In this document: one piece after another, positions 1 to 8,470 of the stretch
How positions within the stretch are numbered: position 1 is the first letter of the stretch
Layout of the letters: each line of letters begins with the position of its first letter
Assembly (NCBI GenBank): GCA_965207885.1
Contig: OZ242311.1
Coordinates: 4,960,001-5,024,000 of the forward strand
DNA from: Candidatus Latescibacterota bacterium
Lineage (GTDB): Bacteria; Latescibacterota; UBA2968
DNA: 64,000 nt
Reading direction: 5' to 3'
Program-made: the position numbers and the translations under genes
The notes under the pieces: model-generated
Databases searched by the model: none
What the model was told of the DNA's origin: nothing
The model's input: only the letters and a program-made list of their open reading frames with translations

Positions 1-1206
1 CGGTTCATTGGAGTCGTGCAGGGAATGGCCCGATGTGCCTTTGACCGCACAAAATGCCGTTCCTCCGCCCGTGCGACCACCACTGGCACCCATCCAGTTT
101 AGCCGATGTTCAACTGCCGGATGGGCGAGCATTCTCCGAAAGGGATCACAATGGGGACTGGGCAACTGCGTCAGCCCACCCAACAGGGGCCTGCCCGTGC
201 CCGCGAGGCTTTTTGATCCGCGTGCGAGTTCTTCGCCAACGACGATTCGATCCTCAAACTTGTCAATGGTGGCATTGGCCTGTGCCAGCCATTCTTCATC
301 CATGATTCCGCGCAGCACCAGATACCCGTTCAAATCCCAAAAGAAAAATTCTTTTTCGTCAATGCCCGAGTTTGGATTTTTCATCAGGAAAGACGGATGA
401 AAAATTTCGCGAGATTCGTCCAATGCGATTGTCTCACCATCTGTTTTCAACGTTGGCGGTGGCGTTGTGTCGCGATATCCTGGGCGATACAGCGATGCAC
501 GCTGCTCTGGACTCATTCCCGCCATCGAGTCGGATATGGGCATCTTTTCTCCTTCCGAGCCAGGTCCCGCAGAACGGATCACGCCACGCCCTACGTATTC
601 GTAGGATAGCAAGCGCTGCGGTCCCTCGCCCTGCCACGGACGCATGCCCTGTACGACGCTCAGGCCGACGATGAGCAGATCACCCGCTTTTAGTTCGGGT
701 TGAAAAAGATAATCCGAGTCATCTACGCCAGTCAATATATCCTCTGGTGTTTCCACATTTGATTTGTGGGTACACGGTACAAATACAAATCCGCCTTCTC
801 CGGCTTTGACATCAGAGAGTGCCCAGATTACGCGCACGCCTTCACAAAATCTTCGATCGTTCTGATGATAATATGCCAGCGCGGGATCTCGTGGCTCATT
901 GCCGCCCTCCAGCGGGGCCGAGGTGTCACAGGTTTCGTCGCACAGTATTTCAGGTGCGCGGTCGAGCCTGAAACCGTATCCTACAATTTGATTCAGATAC
1001 CACACGAGTTGGGGATGGATCAACAAATCGCGGAACGGTTCGCGCAAATCGCCTTCCCAGCCGAGCATGCCCTCGAGCGATCCGACCCGATCAATCGCGT
1101 CGTTTAACCGCGCGACTTCGGGACGGGTCAAAGCCCCCGGTATATGCAAATAACCCGTTAAATCAAAGGCGTAATTCTCTTCGTTTGTCATGGTTTCCCG
1201 GTCCAT
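1..1206 (-). CDS. Phytanoyl-CoA dioxygenase (PhyH)-family two-domain protein, paralogue 1 (3' end beyond window edge)
   Basis: Colinear with 1845-3050 at an offset of 1844 bp; GGAGG RBS then ATG at 1206; reads MDRETMTNEENYAFDLTG...TSGHSLHDSNEP at the window edge. Confidence 0.85.
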   Translation of the reverse strand, partial: MDRETMTNEENYAFDLTGYLHIPGALTRPEVARLNDAIDRVGSLEGMLGWEGDLREPFRDLLIHPQLVWYLNQIVGYGFRLDRAPEILCDETCDTSAPLEGGNEPRDPALAYYHQNDRRFCEGVRVIWALSDVKAGEGGFVFVPCTHKSNVETPEDILTGVDDSDYLFQPELKAGDLLIVGLSVVQGMRPWQGEGPQRLLSYEYVGRGVIRSAGPGSEGEKMPISDSMAGMSPEQRASLYRPGYRDTTPPPTLKTDGETIALDESREIFHPSFLMKNPNSGIDEKEFFFWDLNGYLVLRGIMDEEWLAQANATIDKFEDRIVVGEELARGSKSLAGTGRPLLGGLTQLPSPHCDPFRRMLAHPAVEHRLNWMGASGGRTGGGTAFCAVKGTSGHSLHDSNEP

Positions 1207-1304
1207 GTCAGCCTCCTTGACTGTGATGTACCTGTTTGCCTGCCAATATGCAGGCATAAATGTGGCGGTTTATTCATGATTAAGCTGTGTTGTGACGCTT
1301 TGCA

Positions 1305-3050
1305 TTATTTTTTTGCCACTGGACCTTTGGGTGCGTCCTGGCTGTACAATGCACTGCCTCGCTCGTAAGACGCGACGACTGAACCGTTGGTAATTTCCAA
1401 TCTGGGCACGTTCTTTCTAAACACATCGCGATCGGGGCCGCGCATGACTGCCATCTGTTCATCGCTCATGCCCGAGACGAGATCGCCCCACCGTTTTTCT
1501 GGATGAGACAATTCTCCGCCGCTGCGATTAAAATTGCGCGATGAATATTTGTGCAAAATTCCCCGTCGCGATATGTCGCTTTTCCACGCGAATGTGCCAT
1601 GTGAGGTGCTGCCATCCATGAAGAAGAGCACATCGCCTGCTTTCACCTCTATGTGTTTTACCAATCCCATGTGGTCATCGCAGGAGCTCACACCCGGGGG
1701 GGTAGGATAATACGCTTTATGCGATCCCGGCACACACGCAAACCCACCATCGGCTTCGGTTACATCGCGCAATTGCCAGGTTACGGTTACGGCTTCGCAA
1801 TAGCTGCGTCCATTTTGATAAAAGTATCCCCGGGTGGGATTGAGCGGCTCATTGGAGCCATGCTGGGAATGGCCCGATGTGCCTTTGACCGAGCAAAATG
1901 CCGTTCCTCCGCCCGTGCGACCACCACTGGCACCCATCCAGTTTAGCCGATGTTCAACGATCGGGTGGGCGAGCATTCGCCGGAAAGGATCGCAATGGGG
2001 ACTGGGCAACTGAGTCAGTCCACCCAACAGGGGTCTGCCCGTGCCTGCAAGGGTTTTTGACCCGCGTGCGAGTTCGTCGCCAACGACGATTCGATCCTCA
2101 AATTTGTCAATGGTGGCATTGGCCTGTGCCAGCCATTCTTCATCCATGACCCCGCGCAGCACCAGGTACCCGTTCAAGTCCCAAAAGTAAAATTCTTTTT
2201 CGTCAATGCCCGAGTTTGGATTTTTCATCAGGAAAGACGGATGAAAAATTTCGCGAGATTCGTCCAATGCAATTGTCTCACCATCTGTTTTCAAAGTCGG
2301 TGGCGGCGTTGTATTGCGATATCCTGGGCGATAGAGCGATGCGCGTTGTTCAGGTGTTAGTTCTGCCATCAAGTCGGATACTGGCATCTTTTCCGATTCA
2401 GGGGCAGGTCCCGCAGAACGGATCACACCGCGGCCTACATATTCGTAGGATAGCAAGCGTTGCAGTGCCTCGCCTTGCCAGGGGCGCATGCCCTGTACGA
2501 CGCTCAGGCCGACGATGAGCAGGTCGCCCGCTTTTAGTTCGGGTTGAAAAAGATAATCCGAGTCATCCTCGCCGGTCAATATATCCTCTGGCGTTTCTAC
2601 ATTTGATTTGTGCGTACACGGTACAAATACAAATCCGCCGTCACCAGCTTTGACATCAGAGAGTGCCCAGATTACGCGTACGCCTTCGCAAAATCTTCGA
2701 TCGTTCTGATGATAATATGCCAGCGCGGGGTCTCGCGGTTCATTGCCACCCATCAGGGGGGCAGAGGTGTCACAGGTTTCGTCGCACAGTATTTCGGGTG
2801 TGCGGTCGAGCCTGAAACCGTATCCTACAATTTGATTCAGATACCACACGAGTTGGGGATGGATCAATAAATCGCGGAATGGTTCGCGCAAATCATCTTC
2901 CCAGCCGAGCATTCCTTCGAGCGATCCGGTCCGATCAATCGCGTCGTTTAACCGCGCGACTTCGGGACGGGTCAGGACTCCCGGTATATGCAAATAACCT
3001 GTTAAATCAAAGGCGTAATTCTCTTCGTTTGTCATCGTTTCCCGGTCCAT
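1305..3050 (-). CDS. Phytanoyl-CoA dioxygenase (PhyH)-family two-domain protein, paralogue 2
   Basis: Two PhyH-like repeats (FDLTGYLHIPGVL / FWDLNGYLVLRGV; GGFVFVPCTHK / GGFACVPGSHK; KAGD motifs); start placed at the ATG following GGAGG. Confidence 0.85.
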   Translation of the reverse strand: MDRETMTNEENYAFDLTGYLHIPGVLTRPEVARLNDAIDRTGSLEGMLGWEDDLREPFRDLLIHPQLVWYLNQIVGYGFRLDRTPEILCDETCDTSAPLMGGNEPRDPALAYYHQNDRRFCEGVRVIWALSDVKAGDGGFVFVPCTHKSNVETPEDILTGEDDSDYLFQPELKAGDLLIVGLSVVQGMRPWQGEALQRLLSYEYVGRGVIRSAGPAPESEKMPVSDLMAELTPEQRASLYRPGYRNTTPPPTLKTDGETIALDESREIFHPSFLMKNPNSGIDEKEFYFWDLNGYLVLRGVMDEEWLAQANATIDKFEDRIVVGDELARGSKTLAGTGRPLLGGLTQLPSPHCDPFRRMLAHPIVEHRLNWMGASGGRTGGGTAFCSVKGTSGHSQHGSNEPLNPTRGYFYQNGRSYCEAVTVTWQLRDVTEADGGFACVPGSHKAYYPTPPGVSSCDDHMGLVKHIEVKAGDVLFFMDGSTSHGTFAWKSDISRRGILHKYSSRNFNRSGGELSHPEKRWGDLVSGMSDEQMAVMRGPDRDVFRKNVPRLEITNGSVVASYERGSALYSQDAPKGPVAKK

Positions 3051-3369
3051 GTCAGCCTCCTTGACTGTGATGTACCTGTTTGCCTGCCGATATGCAGACA
3101 TGAATGTGGCGGTTTATCTTACAGCCCGTAAGACCCAACAGCTTTAGCGTTGGGAAGCAGACGCGAGTTAGCGAGCGTTGTTTTGCAAGGGCTTTCGAAT
3201 CCCTGCTTTCGCAGGGACATGCTTATGGTGCGGTGCTTCCGTGTAAAATCATCACGGAACATGCTTAGCATGGTGGCACATTGCTCAAGGCAATGTGGAC
3301 GGTGGAGCGGTGTACAAGTGCGCCAGCACTTCATCGACCAAAATCACCCGTTCACTGACTACATAAAAA

Positions 3370-3398
3370 TTGCATAAATTACTGTTTTTGTGTATATT
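3370..3398 (+). promoter_or_regulatory. Putative sigma70 promoter of tnpB (probably leaderless)
   Basis: TTGCAT-17 nt-TATATT, with the ATG at 3405 only 7 nt after the -10 box. Confidence 0.55.
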
Positions 3399-3404
3399 TA
3401 TACT

Positions 3405-4511
3405 ATGAAATACTTAACATACAAATACAAAATGTATAGTCTCTGTGATCGCAATATGTATATCCATAGGGATATAGATTCTTTTGCTGAGGTGTATAAT
3501 CATTTCATTGCCTTGCACAAGCGATACTATCGGCGTTTTGGCAAGTATCCCAGTAAGTTCACAATGATTAACCATTTGGCAAAGCTGAAAAGAACAACAC
3601 GCTTTGCACATTGGCGTTTGTTGCCATCCCAGGCATTGCAAAATGTGATTGAGCGTATAGACTTTGGCTATCAGAAATTCTTTGCCAGAGATAATAAGCG
3701 TCCGCCCACATTCAGGTCTCGCTTTCGGTATCAGTCCTATACGCTGAAGCAAGCAGGATACAAATTCCTTGAGCGTAACAAAGTGCGTATCGGCAAGCGT
3801 ATATTTCGCTATCACAAAAGCAGAAAATTCGATTTAGATAGTATCAAAACGGTCACAATCAAGCGTGACCGCGTAGGCGATTTGTGGCTATGTGTTGTTG
3901 CAAAGGCTGAGGGTATCAAGTCATTCATTATCAAGAATGGTAAAACCGCAGGTTTTGACTTTGGCTTGCAAATATATCTAACAGCCTCAGACAGCACAAG
4001 GACACAATCGCCATTGTTCTTCAATCGTAATTCGAGGAAAGTCAAAAAGGCTAATCGCAATCTTTCTCGCAAGCGTAAGGGTAGTAACAATCGCCACCGC
4101 GCCAGGCTACATCTTGCCAGAGTCCATCGGCGTGTAGCAAATCAGCGCAGGGACTACCACTGGCGACTTGCGTATCAACTATGTGAGGAATACGACCTCA
4201 TGTATTTTGAAACGCTGAATATCGACGCCATGAAAGCGTTGTGGGGCAGAAAGATTAGCGATTTGGGCTTCTCAGACTTTTTGAACATTCTCAAGTATGT
4301 TGCCAAAAAGACGGGCAAGGTTGTCAAACAAATCGACAAATGGCTACCCACGTCAAAGACATGCTCTGCTTGTGGCACAGTCAAAGAGAATCTCGAATTG
4401 CGAGAAAGAACATTCCATTGTTGCGCATGTGGCCTTGAGATGGATAGAGACCTCAACGCGGCGATAAACATTCACAGGTGGGGGCGTCCACCTATGGCGG
4501 AGGTAGCGTAA
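3405..4511 (+). CDS. tnpB: RNA-guided endonuclease TnpB
   Basis: N-terminal YKYKMY, RuvC motifs GFDFGL, YFETL, DRDLNAA and Zn ribbon CSAC...CCAC; catalytic D/E/D intact. Confidence 0.95.
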   Translation: MKYLTYKYKMYSLCDRNMYIHRDIDSFAEVYNHFIALHKRYYRRFGKYPSKFTMINHLAKLKRTTRFAHWRLLPSQALQNVIERIDFGYQKFFARDNKRPPTFRSRFRYQSYTLKQAGYKFLERNKVRIGKRIFRYHKSRKFDLDSIKTVTIKRDRVGDLWLCVVAKAEGIKSFIIKNGKTAGFDFGLQIYLTASDSTRTQSPLFFNRNSRKVKKANRNLSRKRKGSNNRHRARLHLARVHRRVANQRRDYHWRLAYQLCEEYDLMYFETLNIDAMKALWGRKISDLGFSDFLNILKYVAKKTGKVVKQIDKWLPTSKTCSACGTVKENLELRERTFHCCACGLEMDRDLNAAINIHRWGRPPMAEVA

Positions 4512-4633
4512 GACTTGCCGAACTCCGGGGAAGCAAGCAACTACTGTTGATCCCACAATCCCTGCTGAAGCAACAAGATTCTACAATCCCAATGCTTTAG
4601 ATTTGGGAGTACGTCAATCATGAAAAGCTCAAA
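4460..4633 (+). ncRNA. Predicted omegaRNA (reRNA): scaffold from the tnpB 3' end to the right end, guide from the flank starting at 4618
   Basis: Established property of tnpB elements; the 5' boundary is approximate. Confidence 0.6.
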
Positions 4634-4767
4634 CCGATTCAAAAAACAAGTATAAAATGTATCCCCTCTCGACCGATTGCTTGACGCATCCTCAAAACTA
4701 TCTATACAAAAAAAACTGTCCATATAAATAGAAATGGGCAGTTTGATGATTCATTCTGAAGTACAGT

Positions 4768-5048
4768 TTAGTTTCTTTTTTCGGGAATGCTCCCTTCCTT
4801 AATCATGCGATTTTCTGGAGGGATGGGTCGCTCCGGTGGGGTAGATGATGGGGGATTTGCGGATGGTGATTGTGGAGTACTCTCGCGGTTCATCGGTTTT
4901 TCCTCCAATAAAGATATTTCATTAAAATTATCTATTTGGATCCGGTGGATTTTTTCTGGCTTATTGAGATCGGCATATAGAAAAGGCACGCTACATACCA
5001 AAGTAATACATAGTGTAAAAATAAGAAATAAATTGGCCGAATGCAACC
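4768..5048 (-). pseudogene. C-terminal fragment of a membrane protein with a Pro-rich tail, truncated by IS3
   Basis: Frame runs up to the IS3 left IR; one hydrophobic helix, then PQSPSANPPSSTPPERPIPP. Confidence 0.5.
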
Positions 5049-5103
5049 TGGACTTGACCCGTTTTAGTGGACAACTTATCTCTTTCAGAGAAAGGAGTCC
5101 GCA

Positions 5104-5415
5104 ATGGGAAGAAAAAGATCATATCCATCAGCATTTCGCCAGCAAATGGTCGCGCTGGTCAGATCAGGCCGTAGTGCCAGCGATTTGGCCAAAGAGTTTG
5201 AGCCGACCGCTCAGACGATCAGTGCCTGGGTGCGTCAAGCAGACCGCGATGAAGGCCGTCGGGACGATGGGTTGACCAGTCGTGAGCGAGAAGAACTTCA
5301 GCGGCTTCGCAAAGAAAATAAACGCTTGCGTCAAGAGCGTGAGATCCTTGCAAAAGCCGCGGCCTGGTTCGCAGCGGAGACCGATGCGATACCCCCAAAA
5401 TCTTCAGATACATAA
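5104..5415 (+). CDS. IS3 transposase OrfA (HTH)
   Basis: YPSAFRQQMV...EELQRLRKENKRLRQEREILAKAAAWFA. Confidence 0.92.
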   Translation: MGRKRSYPSAFRQQMVALVRSGRSASDLAKEFEPTAQTISAWVRQADRDEGRRDDGLTSREREELQRLRKENKRLRQEREILAKAAAWFAAETDAIPPKSSDT

Positions 5416-5444
5416 AGGCGCATCAGGCCATCCATCCGATCACC

Positions 5445-6296
5445 ATGCTATGCCGCGTGCTGGGTGTCTCCACCAGTGGGTATTATGCCTGGTGTAATAG
5501 ACCTTTATCTAAACGGGCAAAGGACGATGAAAAGTTAACAGAACAAATAAGCACCTTTCATCAGCGTTCTAATGGAACCTATGGCGCACCGCGTATCTTT
5601 CAGGATCTGCGCGAAGTAGGTGTCCACATCAGCAAGAAACGGGTCGCAAGACTGATGCGACAAGCCAATATATGTGGTGTGAGCCGAAGAAAAGGTATCC
5701 TGACTACATACCGGTCTATCACAGACGAGAAAGCCCCTGATCTGGTTAAGCGAGACTTTAGGGTTGATAAGCCCAACAAGCTGTGGGTCGCTGATATTAC
5801 CTACATAAAAACCTGGTCTGGCTTTTTGTATCTCTCTGTTGTTCTCGACGCCTTCTCCAGACGCGTAGTTGGTTGGGCAATGGCCTCGCATCTGAAGACC
5901 CAACTGGTCTTAGATGCCTTGGATATGGCACTTTGGAACCGACGACCAGATGGGGTCATCCATCATTCAGATCAAGGCGCTCAATATACCTCTTATGCCT
6001 TTGGTCAACGCTGTGCAAGAATGGGGGTCAAACCCTCTGTCGGATCGGTTGGCGATTGCTTTGACAATGCCTTGTGTGAAAGCTTCTTTGCTACCCTTGA
6101 ATGCGAGTTGATAGACCGGCATAGCTTCCCCAATCATAATCAGGCCAAACTGTCTATCTTCGAGTATATTGAAGGGTGGTATAACCCACACCGCAGACAC
6201 TCTGCGATCAGGTACCAATCGCCCATCACCTATGAAAAACTGATGGCAAAAGGTGACGGGGTTGAAAGTTCTACACTATCCACTAAAACGGGGTAA
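5445..6296 (+). CDS. IS3 transposase OrfB (DDE); probably fused to OrfA by a -1 frameshift near CCCCCAAAA (about 5392-5400)
   Basis: LWVADITY, HHSDQGAQY, DNALCESFF motifs. Confidence 0.93.
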   Translation: MLCRVLGVSTSGYYAWCNRPLSKRAKDDEKLTEQISTFHQRSNGTYGAPRIFQDLREVGVHISKKRVARLMRQANICGVSRRKGILTTYRSITDEKAPDLVKRDFRVDKPNKLWVADITYIKTWSGFLYLSVVLDAFSRRVVGWAMASHLKTQLVLDALDMALWNRRPDGVIHHSDQGAQYTSYAFGQRCARMGVKPSVGSVGDCFDNALCESFFATLECELIDRHSFPNHNQAKLSIFEYIEGWYNPHRRHSAIRYQSPITYEKLMAKGDGVESSTLSTKTG

Positions 6297-6301
6297 CTCC
6301 A

Positions 6302-7094
6302 GGATGAGTCCAATGAGCTGATGGATGAGGTACAAGCCTTGTTAAAAGAGGCTTTACAACTGCCCGATATTGAAAAATTACAGACCGAGCAGGCAGATCA
6401 AAAAGCAAATATGCTTTATTATTCCGTTCCATTAAGTGAGTTGGGCAATCGCCTGGATGCTTCCTATCATGTTCCCATTGTACAAGCAATCGAACAGCAT
6501 TTAGAGAAAACAGCAAAAGAGATCGTCAGAGTTGGTGATAGTCGAATAAGCCAGTCGGTTATCTTGCCTGGACGATTCAAGAGAGTCTATGTTGAAGAGG
6601 ACTGCGGGATTGTGTTTTTTGGAGGAAAACAGATATATGAACTGGATCCAAGCAACAAAAAGTACCTTTCAATAAGACAGCATGGGGACCGAATAAAAAA
6701 CCAATTAACTCTCCGAGAAAACATGACAATGATTACATGTAGCGGGACGATTGGAAAAGTAACAATAGTTCCTAAACATTGGGATGGTTGGACCGCGAAT
6801 CAACATATCATCCGCGTTGTACCGACAAACAATGAAATTGCCGGTTATCTCTATGCCTGGCTTTCAAGCGGCTATGCCTATCCTCTTATAACTCGACACA
6901 CTTACGGAGCTGTGGTTGATGAAATTGACGATAAGCAAGTTTCGAACATAGTGATTCCATTGTTGCGTGATGACTATATTCAGCAAGAGATAAACAACAG
7001 GGTTTTGACAGCAAACAAAAAGCGGACGGAAGCCTACGATTTGGAGCAAAAGGCATTAACCGTTCTCGATGAACAGGTCATTTATGCACAGTAA
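6302..7094 (+). pseudogene. Restriction-modification specificity subunit (HsdS-like), 5'-truncated by IS3
   Basis: RLDASYH, MITCSGTIGKV, ANQHIIRV and IPLL...QQEI TRD-like motifs; only the distal half is present and no methyltransferase is nearby. Confidence 0.75.
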
Positions 7095-7223
7095 ACTCGA
7101 TGATAAAGCAATTCACCAGATGGCAATCCTGCTACATCCCTCGCCTCCTAAATTACCCTCCATCCACCACACCAAATTCGGCAACGCGCTAACCAAAGTT
7201 GCTGATTCAATGAAAATAAAACC

Positions 7224-8470
7224 ATGACCAATTTGATCAACAAATCGGATGATACTTTTCGCGTCTTGCACACAGCTGATTGGCATTTGGGAAAAACATT
7301 AAATGATCAACCACGGGATGAAGAACATGAGCTATTTCTCAACTGGTTACTCAAAATTATTGACGAAGGTGCTGTCGATGTACTGGTCATTGCAGGCGAT
7401 GTATTCGACTCCGCAAACCCTCCTCAATTGGCACAGACTCGATATTACGATTTTGTCTCTCAACTTTACAAAAACACCAACTGTTCACTCATCGTCACTG
7501 CAGGCAACCATGATTCACCATTACAATTAGAAGCACCGCGCCAGGTACTGCAAGCCCTCGGTGCCCATGTCGTGGGTTTCTTGCCTGAAGATCCCGTATC
7601 TCGCCTTATTGTCTTGCCTTCACCTGAAAATCCACGCCTTGTCATTGCAGCTATTCCCTTTTTGCGAGACAGGGACCTGAGAAAAGGCTATGCCGGTCAG
7701 GATGCAAGCGATATTCAACAGGCACTCACTGATGGCATTAAAAAGCGTTATGAAGAGACCGGCGAAGCGGCAGCTAAATGGTCTAAAAAGGGTGTACCGA
7801 TATTGGCAACGGGCCATCTCACTGTCATGGGTACCTCAAAAACGGATAGCGAAAGAGAAATCCATATCGGTGGTCTTGGTGCCGTTAGCACAGACGTATT
7901 TCCCGATATCTTTTCTTATGTCGCCCTGGGACATCTGCACCGTCCACAAACACCAGATAACCACGTATGTTATTCCGGCTCTCCCATCGCATTGAGCTTT
8001 AGCGAAGCAAATGATACCAAAGAGGTTCAAATACTCAATTTTGCAGACGGCACCTTAAAAACGCAAACGCCCATCCCGGTGCCTGTATTCCGCAGATTGG
8101 CCCAGATTCGCACATCGTGGGACGATCTATCAGAAGCCATCAGCAATTTTAATCCTGACACTGGCGGATTGGAAACCTGGGTCGAGGTTGTTGTCAAAGA
8201 TGCAGGCTTTGGCGAGGATATCAACGAAGCCGTACAGAGTTTGGTAGCAAAGCGGGAATTTAAAGTGTTAAAAGTATTGCGAGAAGGTGCGACCCTGCCA
8301 GAACCCCCGTAGGTAACGAAGCCATCGAAACACTTCTCGATGATCCCACAAAGGTATTCGAGCATCGACTGGAACAAGAACCCAATATGGATAAAGAACA
8401 TAAACAGGAACTTAAAATTGCTTTTGCTCAACTACTTGACCTCTATGAAACAGAAGGCACAAACGCATGA
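7224..8470 (+). CDS. sbcD: Nuclease SbcCD subunit D; frameshift at the C5 run 8304-8308
   Basis: HTADWHLG, AGDVFD, AGNHD, ALGHLH motifs; the -1 frame continues VGNEAIETLL...EGTNA* and overlaps the sbcC ATG (ATGA). Confidence 0.9.

Larger units (their letters stand above)
1..3117. repeat. Tandem duplication with a 1844-bp unit (1-1273 vs 1845-3117)
   Basis: Direct comparison shows high identity with many third-position differences; homology extends into the upstream non-coding region. Confidence 0.95.
3118..4617 (+). mobile_element. IS200/IS605-family element, tnpB only (IS1341-like), 1500 bp
   Basis: Subterminal hairpins CCCAAC-agctttagc-GTTGGG (3134-3154) and TCCCAA-tgctttagat-TTGGGA (4587-4608); ends in GTCAA; inserted after TTTAT without target duplication; the paralogous site 1269-1279 reads TTTAT|TCATGA uninterrupted. 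Confidence 0.9.
5049..6301 (+). mobile_element. IS3-family insertion sequence
   Basis: Terminal IRs TGGACTTGACCCGTTTTAGTGGACA / TATCCACTAAAACGGGGTAACTCCA (TG...CA); orfA and orfB; no target-site duplication. Confidence 0.95.

Noticed and set aside
3150-3215. tRNA gene around TTCGAATCCC
   Set aside because: No proper D or anticodon arms and no CCA
3119-3334. 71-aa minus-strand ORF as TnpA
   Set aside because: No HUH or catalytic Tyr motifs; it simply reads through the hairpin region
3118-4617. Functional IStron (self-splicing group I intron)
   Set aside because: The element ends in TCAA rather than a terminal G, the conserved J4/5 adenosines are missing and the site is intergenic; kept only as a weak sub-hypothesis
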